Shown piece by piece: positions 19,515-29,300 of a DNA stretch of 64,000 nt. How positions within the stretch are numbered: the first letter of the stretch is position 1; each line of letters starts with the position of its first letter. The notes below the pieces were generated by a model. The model was given only the letters and a program-made list of their open reading frames with translations, made no database searches and was not told where the DNA came from. The DNA comes from a virus. The stretch is from positions 1 to 64,000 of the IMG/VR virus record IMGVR_UViG_3300025162_000024, one strand, 5' to 3'. Made by a program: the position numbers and the translations under genes.

Positions 19515-20735
19515 CTAGTTAGGGACATCCGACGAGGTCCTGGATATCTCTGTCCAGTTCACCCCGTCAAACAGGAATATAATCGATTGAGAGTGGCCTG
19601 CCGAAGGCGGGCGGAATGCAGCCAGCTTGAAGGCCGGGGCGAATGTGACAACCCCGAGGGCCCCGGGGCCCGCATTCTTCACGGTCAGGGTCAGCATCTG
19701 GGTATAGACCGAGGACGGGGCATTGATATACACGGGATTACCGTCAGTGATCGAGATGATCGCATGGTTGTACTGGTTGCCAGGGATGGTCACTGAACCA
19801 CCGCCGGACACAGTCGTCTGATACGTGTTGAACGCAGCCTGCTTACGGAAGTAGGTGCCGTACTGGTTCTCGACCGTAAACTTACCGGTCCCGTCCAGGA
19901 GGATGATCTTGTTTGCAGAGTTGTTGATCGTGACCTGGCCGGCCACCGATCGCAGGGTAATCACGCTCTCATAACAGCTAGAGTCGATCTTGGCCGGGCC
20001 CGCCACGTTCCCCTCGGTATACCCGTTAAGCACGCAGTAAGGTCGATTCACGTACAGCCCGTACCCAGCGTTCCCCTCTACATCGAAGCTCACGGCTACG
20101 GTACACCCAGCAACCCCCAGGTGGATCCCGTCGCCACGGTTGCCTACGGAGGAGACCGAGACGAGCGTCCAGGCATTGGTATTGTCGAACCCGACAGCCT
20201 TGGAATCGAGGCAAACCCCATGGCCAAGATTAGCCTGGGTCGAACAGCTCTCGATCAGCCCTGAGTTACCGTTGACTACATTGATCCCGTGGCCGCCCTG
20301 GTGTGTCACCTGAAGCGAGCGCAGGACACAGTTACCAGCCCCGTTCGTGGTGTCGACCAGGCCGATGACGATCCCATCCATGGTCCTGCCGACTACGGCC
20401 GTATCGAGTGTAAAGTCCTCAAGAGACACTCCGTCGGCCCCGGACTCCACCTGGATCCCAACCACATCCTTGGTCTTGACCAGGATGGTCCCGGGACCCG
20501 CCCCTCTAAGCTTCATAGACTTAGAGATCTTCAGGGTCGAGGAGATCGCAAACTTACCGGGTGGGAGAGCGACGGTCCCCCCAACGGCCTGGGCCGCTTG
20601 TATCGCAGCTTGAATCCCGGCAGTAGAGTCATTGACCCCTGTCGGATCGGCTCCGTACGCCGTGGCATTGAACTCTGTGGCGGTCACTATCACTGGCTTA
20701 GAAGCTGCCATCTTAATATCCTTAAGGTTTTCCAC
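19515..20735 (-). CDS. Right-handed beta-helix (pectate lyase 3-like) spike/depolymerase
   Basis: FNATAYGADPTGVNDSTAGIQAAI...GGTVALPPGKF...LRGAGPGTIL signature; G.G.GI beta-helix repeats. Confidence 0.85.
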   Translation of the reverse strand: MENLKDIKMAASKPVIVTATEFNATAYGADPTGVNDSTAGIQAAIQAAQAVGGTVALPPGKFAISSTLKISKSMKLRGAGPGTILVKTKDVVGIQVESGADGVSLEDFTLDTAVVGRTMDGIVIGLVDTTNGAGNCVLRSLQVTHQGGHGINVVNGNSGLIESCSTQANLGHGVCLDSKAVGFDNTNAWTLVSVSSVGNRGDGIHLGVAGCTVAVSFDVEGNAGYGLYVNRPYCVLNGYTEGNVAGPAKIDSSCYESVITLRSVAGQVTINNSANKIILLDGTGKFTVENQYGTYFRKQAAFNTYQTTVSGGGSVTIPGNQYNHAIISITDGNPVYINAPSSVYTQMLTLTVKNAGPGALGVVTFAPAFKLAAFRPPSAGHSQSIIFLFDGVNWTEISRTSSDVPN

Positions 20736-20955
20736 CGACTAGCTTTACAACACTGCGTGCGGGGCTCACCCCGAGGGCCGCTGCCCTCTCCTGAAAGTCA
20801 GAATCAGCGGCGTTCGAGACGACCACGCCCTGTGCCCCGTAATCCGAAGCTACGAGCAGCGGTTGCCCAAAGCTATCGAGGATTGCAAGGCCAGAGGCCC
20901 CGTCAATCTCGAACTTCTTGCCAAGGGCACCCCCGGCCTGGACCAGCAACTTCAT
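20722..20955 (-). CDS. Hypothetical protein
   Basis: 77 aa, GGAGG SD, TAATG overlap. Confidence 0.65.
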   Translation of the reverse strand: MKLLVQAGGALGKKFEIDGASGLAILDSFGQPLLVASDYGAQGVVVSNAADSDFQERAAALGVSPARSVVKLVGGKP

Positions 20956-21551
20956 TAACGGCCTCCCCGGGACTGTCTGAACGCTTCGAGAGCGGAGCTA
21001 GCCGCTTTAGACCCTTGGGGCTGCTGAGCAGGTCCGCCGGGCATCCCCTGCAAGACATTCGAGCCGGCCAATGCCTGGTCAAGGCCGTTACCGGCCTGTG
21101 CCGGGTCCACGGCCTGTCCAGAGATCCCTGCACCCATCACGGTGGGCTGGCCCTGCTCTGGAGGCTGTTCCTGGTTGGAGGGGGCTGAGACATCCGACTG
21201 AGGGGCGAGCCCCAGATACTCGAGCATCCGGGTCACCAGATCCTCAAGGTTCGTGATCCGCTCGTCTGTAGAGGGCTTCTTGGGCTTCTCCTGCCCCTCG
21301 CGGACCGCGTCGGTCAGCATGTTCTTCAGCGTGTTGGGGTCGATCCCTGCCGGCTGCTGCGGAGGTGCCTGGGGTTGGGCTTGGGCTGGATCTTGGGGAG
21401 GGCCACCCTGAGGAGGCTGTTGCTGCTGTTGGGCAGCTTGCTCCTCGGGTGAGGGGGTGACCCCCTGGGCGGTCATCGGGGTGTACGCCCGCTTCTCCAG
21501 CAATTCCATCGCCTCCTTCATCAGCCCGGCCAATTTTGGATTGTATGCCAT
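20955..21551 (-). CDS. Gln/Pro-rich virion protein
   Basis: EKRA motif then Q/P-rich tract; ATG 21551 lies 8 nt after a TAAACT box. Confidence 0.7.
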   Translation of the reverse strand: MAYNPKLAGLMKEAMELLEKRAYTPMTAQGVTPSPEEQAAQQQQQPPQGGPPQDPAQAQPQAPPQQPAGIDPNTLKNMLTDAVREGQEKPKKPSTDERITNLEDLVTRMLEYLGLAPQSDVSAPSNQEQPPEQGQPTVMGAGISGQAVDPAQAGNGLDQALAGSNVLQGMPGGPAQQPQGSKAASSALEAFRQSRGGR

Positions 21552-21624
21552 ATGCCTGTAGTTTACCAAGAAGGCCTGGAGACTGCTGTCTTACTCGGAG
21601 ATCGCTCCAGGTGGAGACCCGTGA

Positions 21625-22029
21625 CTAGCCAGTCTGATACGGGTACATGTAGTTGAACTTCTCAGCACGCTTAATACAGCCACAGGGACGGCCAAGAAGT
21701 TTGAGAGACATTACCTTCCACAGCCAGCCTATGACCCCAGCTAACCTGTGCAGGGTATCCCCAACCCCCTTGTCTGTGGAGTTGGATACCCGCCGAACTG
21801 TTCTCGCCCATAGAGGCCACGCAGAGAATGGCACTATCTTGAGCGGTGTAAACTTGCCCGTACGCGGATAACTGCCAAGTCCAAGTTGGTAGTGGACCAG
21901 AGGGATAAGCCAACCGCCATCTTTCGGTGTTGCGTACTGTTCGAGGAACTTAATCCACGCAGCAAAGCGATCTGCGGCGGCTGCCTTTCGATAATGCTCA
22001 ACCGTTTCTGCGGGAATAGTAATGCGCAT
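21625..22029 (-). CDS. Hypothetical protein with GVGDT...CGC..R...N..YPY C-terminal motif
   Basis: ORF track 21625..22101; Cys motif typical of small phage proteins; start uncertain. Confidence 0.6.
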   Translation of the reverse strand: MRITIPAETVEHYRKAAAADRFAAWIKFLEQYATPKDGGWLIPLVHYQLGLGSYPRTGKFTPLKIVPFSAWPLWARTVRRVSNSTDKGVGDTLHRLAGVIGWLWKVMSLKLLGRPCGCIKRAEKFNYMYPYQTG

Positions 22030-22091
22030 GAGGTGGCTCAACAAAAAGGGGTAGTAGAAGGCTTTTCGTCTACTACCCCTATCCATAATTC

Positions 22092-22550
22092 TTACTCCCA
22101 AACGGTCGGGTAGGTAGAACGCGGCGTCGGCCGAGGGGGGTCGGGAGGGTAGTAGAGATCCCTACATTCTGCATTACCACCTGGGGTAGGTCCAATACAT
22201 TCATGGGTATAGTCTGTAAGGGCTATCTTATGAGTACCTTCAGGGTACTCAGGATAGAGCGGCACCCACATGTTATCTGTAACTACATCTGAGTAAGCAC
22301 AAACTATATTGAGCATTCTGATATACTCTTGCGTACCATCTCCTTCTCCCATATCTTTTATGGTACTATACCATACCACTTTACAAACATATGCAGGGAT
22401 ATGTATGAGAGGTTTTATTCCATTAATTCCAGACTGACTGGTTCCAGACGTGGGCTGCATCGCCAGTAGTTTGGGGAGTGCCATCGGAAGAGCCACTAGG
22501 GCTACCGCGGCCATGCCAAGTCTCTTGATAAATTGAATACGAGTTACCAT
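22092..22550 (-). CDS. Secreted protein with degenerate Tat-like signal
   Basis: MVTRIQFIKRLG + hydrophobic stretch; AAGGA SD; AT-rich coding. Confidence 0.6.
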   Translation of the reverse strand: MVTRIQFIKRLGMAAVALVALPMALPKLLAMQPTSGTSQSGINGIKPLIHIPAYVCKVVWYSTIKDMGEGDGTQEYIRMLNIVCAYSDVVTDNMWVPLYPEYPEGTHKIALTDYTHECIGPTPGGNAECRDLYYPPDPPRPTPRSTYPTVWE

Positions 22551-22648
22551 AACGATATCCTTTCTACGTTTCCTGCTTCATCAGACCGGCCAGTTTCGGC
22601 CTAAGTCATCTACCTGTAGTTTACCAGGAAGTCTCGGAGAACGTCGGC

Positions 22649-23257
22649 CTACTTGGGGATCGAGCCGATCAACGATCCCAGGGGGAGGCCCATGAGGAAC
22701 CGGTGCTTGGACTCTCTGCGGTTCATGATCTCAGACGTCTTATTGCTGGTCCGGGCTAGAATCGTGTCTGCCAGAGCCTGACCGGCACCGGTAGTGAGCA
22801 GGGCTGAGAGAGTGGCTGCCCCTCCAGCCGACAGGCCCATTGTCGAGACATCTGCACTACGAAAGGCCTGAGGGTGAGCCGATGCATAGGCTGCCGTCCC
22901 CAGCCCAGTGAGCAGTCCGATGACCACTGAGGGAAGTGCGTACTGGCTCACGCCATGCACGAAGCTCTGTCCAAAGTGGCCCTTACGCTTCTCTGCCTGT
23001 GCCTTCAGGGTATCCAGGTATTCTTTACCCTTGTTCCCAGCAGGCATATTCAGCGTGTCCGTAATCGGAGCTCTAAGCAGGCTCAGCCCTGGAACGAAGC
23101 TGGTAGGGGCCACGGCCAGACTCTTCCAGGGGTTATCGATGGCCGAGGACAGCTCATTGCTCACCGACTGCCCGACCCTCCCCAAGTACGAGGAGTCATC
23201 GGCCGCCATCTTCCTGTACAGCTCCCGTCCGAGTTGCTCACAGGCCTTACCGGTCAT
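22649..23257 (-). CDS. Leader-bearing membrane/virion cargo protein
   Basis: MTGKACEQLGRELYRKMAA leader; two to three hydrophobic Gly/Ala segments. Confidence 0.8.
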   Translation of the reverse strand: MTGKACEQLGRELYRKMAADDSSYLGRVGQSVSNELSSAIDNPWKSLAVAPTSFVPGLSLLRAPITDTLNMPAGNKGKEYLDTLKAQAEKRKGHFGQSFVHGVSQYALPSVVIGLLTGLGTAAYASAHPQAFRSADVSTMGLSAGGAATLSALLTTGAGQALADTILARTSNKTSEIMNRRESKHRFLMGLPLGSLIGSIPK

Positions 23258-23876
23258 ATGGGTTACTCTCGTCAGTACCGCGGGCAGCGTTGTTGTATCC
23301 CATAGCACTGTTAGTCATCATCTTCCAACTCGGCAAGCTCTCTGCATCCTTATCCGTCATGTAGCTGCCGTGTCTCTCGGCAATGAGCCCAGGGGCCTTC
23401 TTGTTATACGCCTCGGCCTCATTCTTACTGATAGTCTGCAGGGCATCGATACTCGGACCGGTCAGGAACTGACCTACGGGATTAGCCCTGCGGTTCAGGG
23501 TGGCCGTTGCCAGGTTGTTATCGGCCTGGACCAGGGGGGCTACAGCCTCGCCAAGATGCTTGTTGATATCCGAGTAATCCTCGGTCGCCTGCTGGTAACC
23601 TAGCCCGGCTCCGCCCGCTGCACCCAGGCCACCCCCGATCAAAGCGTTCAGAAGGTAGTCTTTGGCCTTCGGATCTTTCTTGAGCAACGCGGTCAGCAGG
23701 CCACCGCCAGCCATTCCGGCCAGGGCCCCGGCACCCCCATAGGTAGCGGCCCGACCCGGGACCATCCCACCCAGGTTGTTGGCCGCCGACTGATTCAGCT
23801 GCTGCCACATATTCGGATCGGCAGCCAGCTTACGGAAGATCTCACGGCCGAGGTTCTCACATGCTTCTTTGGTCAT
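23247..23876 (-). CDS. Leader-bearing glycine-zipper virion cargo protein
   Basis: MTKEACENLGREIFRKLAA leader; GGMVPGRAATYGGAGALAG...KKDPKAKDYLLNA shared with 18963..19511. Confidence 0.8.
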   Translation of the reverse strand: MTKEACENLGREIFRKLAADPNMWQQLNQSAANNLGGMVPGRAATYGGAGALAGMAGGGLLTALLKKDPKAKDYLLNALIGGGLGAAGGAGLGYQQATEDYSDINKHLGEAVAPLVQADNNLATATLNRRANPVGQFLTGPSIDALQTISKNEAEAYNKKAPGLIAERHGSYMTDKDAESLPSWKMMTNSAMGYNNAARGTDESNPYDR

Positions 23877-23886
23877 AGTCGTATCT

Positions 23887-25101
23887 CTACTTAGGTTGGA
23901 GTACATCCATCAGTTTAACACGGGCCGCATCAGATATCGGAAGATTAACCCGGTTCTCTACCGATCGGATGATCGGGCTGTTCTTGGACGCCTGGATCTT
24001 CTCTTCTCGCTCCTTGACCTTCCGACGGTGCCACAGGTAAGTGGCGATCCCGGCGAGGGCCGCCCCACCCCCGATAGCCCAAGGAGCGTACTTGTCGGCT
24101 ACCGCCTTGATCGTGCCGGCAGCGGGGGCCACCGACTCCTCGTACCCGTGACCACCGCCACGGAACAAGTGTCCTAACTGCATTTCCTGCAGCTGCTTAC
24201 GCAACCACAGGCTTGGTTCCTGCTGCTTCAGATAGCTATCGAACTCTTCCCGGGCCCGGGGCTGCTCTGGTAGAGGGATCTGCTCACCGTACCCCTTGTG
24301 CTGCTTGAACAGTTCAAACTCTGTACGCAGCCTGGGATAGAAGTCCCTGGAAGACATGCCAAGGGCTCCTCGGACATTACCGGTGACCGCCGCCTCTGGA
24401 AGCTGCTTTCGCATACCGACCAGCACCTTATGGGCGTTTTCGATCACCTTGGGGTCTTCCGACTCCAGGATCTTCTTGGCGTATGTGGCTATTGCCTCTG
24501 GGTCCTCCCCGGGGGCCGGCGGAGGCGGCTCATTAGGATCGTCACTGCCCAGAGCGGGTGCAGCAGGTCCAGCCGGTGCCCCTGGGGCTGTCGGCGTCTC
24601 CCGATACTCAAAGAACTTGGACAGGCCGGAGACAGCCTCGTCCTGCATCATCTTGTGTGCCCAGGACTTCTCCATCCCCGCTTCGCGATGCAGCTGCATC
24701 AGCCCGTTGAGAGGACCAGCCTGGAATTCTTTGTAATGCTGATAGTGCTCAGGTTCCCATTCCTCTGCGTCCTTAGGCACCAGCCACCGGCGGAGCGGGC
24801 TTCCACGAGCTGCGAGCATCACGTCGGGGACCCCCACGCCAAGCACGTGGAACTGGGCGGCGGTCGACCCGCGATCCGTGTACTCCCGGAGCGTCTCACG
24901 ATAATCATCGTCAACCGGAGGTGCCCCGACCGCCCCAAACCTATGCAGGGTTCCAGTGGCGTCCGGGCCGTTCAGTGCCGAGCTAACCGCGAGCCCCGTG
25001 GCACCCATACCGATCCCGGCTACTCCAGCCCCGCCGAGAGCGGCTTCCAGGCCAGCATTGAACGACGTGCGTTTCTTCTTCTTATTGATCGGATCGATCA
25101 T
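23887..25101 (-). CDS. Virion cargo-like protein with N- and C-terminal Gly-rich TM segments
   Basis: 404 aa; AALGGAGVAGIG and WAIGGGAALAGIATYLW followed by basic tail. Confidence 0.7.
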   Translation of the reverse strand: MIDPINKKKKRTSFNAGLEAALGGAGVAGIGMGATGLAVSSALNGPDATGTLHRFGAVGAPPVDDDYRETLREYTDRGSTAAQFHVLGVGVPDVMLAARGSPLRRWLVPKDAEEWEPEHYQHYKEFQAGPLNGLMQLHREAGMEKSWAHKMMQDEAVSGLSKFFEYRETPTAPGAPAGPAAPALGSDDPNEPPPPAPGEDPEAIATYAKKILESEDPKVIENAHKVLVGMRKQLPEAAVTGNVRGALGMSSRDFYPRLRTEFELFKQHKGYGEQIPLPEQPRAREEFDSYLKQQEPSLWLRKQLQEMQLGHLFRGGGHGYEESVAPAAGTIKAVADKYAPWAIGGGAALAGIATYLWHRRKVKEREEKIQASKNSPIIRSVENRVNLPISDAARVKLMDVLQPK

Positions 25102-25144
25102 GGTCTTGAACCTACCGGCTAAACCTACCTGCTAACAGCTACGC

Positions 25145-26104
25145 TCACACTTCCTTCGGCTTAGCCTTGCTCGGCGTAGTGCCGTCCCCGGTAAATGCCT
25201 CGCCACCCTTGTACCCCAGGTATCCGCCAAGGCCAGCTCCGCCTGCGGCTCCCAGCAGACCTAGAAGTGCGCCAAGCCTGGGATCCTGAGCATTGCTAGC
25301 TAGGCCAGCCCCAAGCATTCCACCTGCCGCCAGCCCGGCACCCGCCCCTACACCCGAAAATGCTCCGCGACCAGCTCCGCGGAATACAGCCTCTCCGAGA
25401 CCTTCGTCATCTCGTTTTCTCGCACCGCCCAGTAATCCGCCAACACCAGCCCCTAGTCCCCCGACGCCCAGAGAGGTACCGAGCAGACCTAAGATTGCGG
25501 CTGTGCCCAGGCCAGCCCCGGCCACTCCGCCCGCAGCTCCAGGATTAGGCTGATCCGGAGTCGCCAGCTTCCTGAACAGCTGCCTGCCCAGTTCCTCCGA
25601 AGACTTCTTATCCAGCTCGTTGTTCTCGACATCCGGCTTCTTCTTTTTCTCCTCTTCCTCGTCCTCAGAGTTTCCCTGGTTGGCCAGCATGTAACCACCG
25701 ACCCCGCCAGCGGTTAGACCGAGTGCACCGAGGATCGCCCAGGTCGTCGGGCTCATCCCACCCTTGGCCGCAGGCGTCGGATCATCCGGCGTATACGGAA
25801 TAGGCCGTGCCGCTCCTGTCGGGGGCAAAGAGCCCAGGAAATCTTTGAGCGGAGGCTGGACCGGGGGGAGAGGGTTGTAACCCGGAAGCCTCGGTCCTTC
25901 GGAGAGCCCACTAGTCGGAGATGCTTGGGCCGCTTGGGCCGCCGCCTGGTCCAGGGCCATGTCCTTGTCAGACACAGCCGGTTCCATCGGTCTATTCGCT
26001 TCCGGGGGAAGGATCTTGGTCGGATTGGCCTTGAATGCTTGTCGAAAGGCAGTCTCGTCCGCCAGCTTCCGAAACAGACTACGGCCAAGCTCTTCTTGAG
26101 TCAT
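25145..26104 (-). CDS. Two-module leader-bearing glycine-zipper protein
   Basis: EELGRSLFRKLA at N-terminus and EELGRQLFRKLA internally; long GxxxG zippers. Confidence 0.8.
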   Translation of the reverse strand: MTQEELGRSLFRKLADETAFRQAFKANPTKILPPEANRPMEPAVSDKDMALDQAAAQAAQASPTSGLSEGPRLPGYNPLPPVQPPLKDFLGSLPPTGAARPIPYTPDDPTPAAKGGMSPTTWAILGALGLTAGGVGGYMLANQGNSEDEEEEKKKKPDVENNELDKKSSEELGRQLFRKLATPDQPNPGAAGGVAGAGLGTAAILGLLGTSLGVGGLGAGVGGLLGGARKRDDEGLGEAVFRGAGRGAFSGVGAGAGLAAGGMLGAGLASNAQDPRLGALLGLLGAAGGAGLGGYLGYKGGEAFTGDGTTPSKAKPKEV

Positions 26105-26210
26105 GTGCAGGTTCCTCTTCTATCCCTTTAGCATACTGGAAAACACTTACCCGGCTTGAAAATTGGTTACGAACCTACCCTCAAGGGGTTAATACACTTA
26201 CCTAGGCTAA

Positions 26211-26336
26211 TCACCTGGCCAGAGCCAGGCACAGCTTGACCACGGTGACCAGGATCGAGAAGGCCCCTACACAGGCCAAAGCCTTCATGCACCAGCGATT
26301 CGATCTACCCCGCTCTTCCTCATCGAGATAGCCCAT
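26211..26336 (-). CDS. 41-aa single-TM peptide (not in ORF track)
   Basis: Read directly: MGYLDEEERGRSNRWCMKALACVGAFSILVTVVKLCLALAR; starts 3 nt after RNAP stop. Confidence 0.5.
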   Translation of the reverse strand: MGYLDEEERGRSNRWCMKALACVGAFSILVTVVKLCLALAR

Positions 26337-26339
26337 AGG

Positions 26340-29300
26340 TCACGCCTTGAACTGTACCGGATCGTTCAATCCCAGCTCTCCCCTGTGGTAAGCGTCGACC
26401 GCCGACTCCCGGTCCAGGAACGACCGGGGCTGAGCCTTCTTAGCCGCCTGGGTCGCCAGGTACAGCCCGATCAGGTACTCCTGGCGTGGGCCCATATGGG
26501 GTTTGAACGTGTTGACCGCCAGGAGATTGCGGGAGGGCATCATCTTCTCACGGGCATCTTTCACGGCCTCGGCGGTGACCGGTACTGAGTAGGACAGTAC
26601 GTCACCATCCGCATCCGCCCCGAACCCAGGGAGGACAAACGGATGCAGGGCTATCGTGCTGCTCTGCCTGATCTTAGGGTTGAACGCCATGTACCCGTAG
26701 CGGTGCCAAACTGGAGCTCTAGTCATCAGGATTGGACGTTCTTCCATCTCCTTGTCCATCGCCTGTCTGGCTCGCGGATCCCTGTTCTCTACCCACTTAG
26801 CTAACTCCAGGACCGGAACCCGACTGGCACCTGCGTTGTACTGCTGAGAGAGCCGACGGAGGATGAACGGCTTGTACACCTGCCATGCAGTATTCTCAGG
26901 GATACCCGCATCATCCACGTCCAGAGAATCGTCTGGGGAGAACACGGCCTTGCCCGATCCGACCATGGAAGAGCCTACCATACGCCGTTGGAGGAGGCCG
27001 GTTTTGTTAGTATCTTTACCGAACACATGAGCTAACAGACCACCAACGTTCTTATTCTCAAGCTCTGGATTTACCGAGTTATCGCGGCCAACAGCCGCTC
27101 GAATAGCGTCATATACAGCAAGGCGGTGCTCGCCTAAAGGCATTCCCTTCTCTTTGGCATCTTTCAGATTGTCATTGAGCGAGAAGAGCTCCTTGTACAT
27201 GAGATTGGCATCACTCGTCAGTTGCATTCCGTCGATGATCGACACGGGCCGGAACATCGGGGGTACTACGGGCACAGCCGACCAGAACAAGCTCTTGGGG
27301 TCGACACCGGTCTTTTTCAGACCATCCAGGTACCCCAGCTTGCGTATGGCGTCATCCCGCTTCTGACCTTTCAGACCAGGGATCTGCTGCTTTAGCCGAT
27401 CCCACTCCTTGCCAACGTCTATCCCTCCAACTTTCTGCTCGAGCTCTGCAGGGTCCTTTGCCAGCTGCTCTCGGTACTCTTTTACCGTAAGCCCCAGCAA
27501 CCGGCGGAGCGGATCCTCCATGATCGGGCTGGGCATCTTCTCCTGCAGGGGCAAGGACGACCATCTTTGTCCATGGTGGCCACCGGTCATCCCTGTGTCG
27601 AACAGGCCGCCTGGTACAGCCTCTCCGGTCTTTCTGTCCACGGCATCCCCCGAGGTCAGAGAGTACGGAGCCAACTGCTTTATGTCCGAATCGGTCATCG
27701 CCCCGAAGTTCAGGTCTCCGTCCTTCTCCTGTACATTGACCCCGGCCCCCTTCAGGTAGGCCAGGAACTTATCGTAGACCATAGGTCGATGCAATGGAGG
27801 TGTTGGAAGCCCGCGTCGAAAAGCATCCCAGAAATCGTCGTTTCGCTGGCCGCGGACCAACTTGGCATCTTTGAGGACGTTAGTGGCACCCATCGACAGG
27901 AGTGCGTTGGTATCAAGCAGACCAAGCCGCTTAGAGTTCCCCTCTTCGCCCTTGCTCGGTAAATCCTCGGCCGTGTACCCTCCAACCTCGTCCCTAGCCC
28001 CTTCCTTACCCTCCGCTGAGTGCATGAGCCTGTAGTAGAAGCGGTTACCGACCGCCACGTCCTTCAGCGTACGCCCAGTCTCAGGATCGTGTACGTCCTC
28101 CTCCAGTTTCATCCCGTTCTTGGCCAACTCGGTCTTTGCGAAATTCGCCCAATCGCCCTGGAACGGCCTGACCAGATACGGTTTTCCGGTCTTAGCCGCG
28201 ATCTTCCCCAGGGCGGCGGCCACCACCTGAATGTGATTAACACGGCTTGTAATGCCCAGTGGATTCACCACAATTTCAGTAGGTTCTCCGCCCTGATCAT
28301 GCGGCATGGAAGTATCTGGCACTACTGCACTTACAATTCCTTTGTCCCCGAATGTACCAGCTAGCTTATCCCCGACATGCATGGGCTCCACGCCCTTGAC
28401 AATGACCTTGACCTGTCCGTCATCATCCCGGTATGTGTCTGTGACTGTCCCAGGGTAGCTCTTATCCCAAGTCACACTGTCGTCGGCCCATGCAGAGTGC
28501 CTGGTTGCATGCACTGCCTGGCTCCGCAAGGTCTTCCTCTGCCCCACGGCCAGGATCAGCGGGTCACCCTCGTTCACGACCGTACCCTGCTTGACCACCC
28601 CATCATCGCCCACCATGCTCAACTGATCCCTGGTGTACTTCGACGGATACATCCCGAGGAACTTACCGCGATCGACTTCTTTGCCCTCTCCAGGTTCGTA
28701 GCTCACCTGGTGCATACGCTCGGCGGCCAGCTTCTTAGCCGCGGTCTCGCTGATGATGATGGCGTCCTCGTGGTTCGGGGCACCCTTATACGAGAACGGC
28801 AGATACGCGACCTTCAGGTTCTTCCCAAGGGCGAGTGTCCCGTCCTTGTCCGTGAAGTTCGCATGGGCCAGCATCTGCCCAGATTTGACCGTATCCCCTG
28901 CTTTGACCGCTGGGGTGTGATGGATGAACGTCGCGTAGTTGTAGGGGAAGTTGTTGTAGAGCTGGTGAACGTCCTTGCCGTCTCCGCCGTATGAGACGGT
29001 GATCGCATCAGGGGTAACCTCCAATACCCGCCCATCACTCTTGGCCCGGACCACCGATCGATTGCCAACCTTAGACTCGAAACTGACCCCGTCATCATCC
29101 GAGCTCTGAACATGCGGGGCCTCCCCATGCTCCAGGGGCAAAGCCTGCTTGATCATGCGAGAGCCCATGATGTGCCGGCCTCCCTTCTCCCCGCTGAACC
29201 CAGGGACCAGGTTGGACATGGTCGAGAACATCCGCTCGGGTGCTGGAGGCACGTAATCCACCTGATCACGGGGGACCACGGTCAGCTTGCCCTTGACCGA

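Larger units (their letters stand above)
21555..22640. repeat. 28-bp imperfect direct repeat (21555-21582 and 22613-22640) flanking a lower-GC two-gene cassette
   Basis: cctgtagtttaccaagaaggcctggaga vs cctgtagtttaccaggaagtctcggaga (24/28 identical). Confidence 0.8.

Noticed and set aside
25102-26210. AACCTACC / CACTTACC short repeats in two intergenic gaps
   Set aside because: Only 8-mers with irregular spacing; insufficient to call a binding site
18967-26339. Intron or intein explaining the RNAP split
   Set aside because: The interval holds ordinary independent genes, both halves have their own start and stop, and no homing endonuclease, RT or intein C/HN termini were seen
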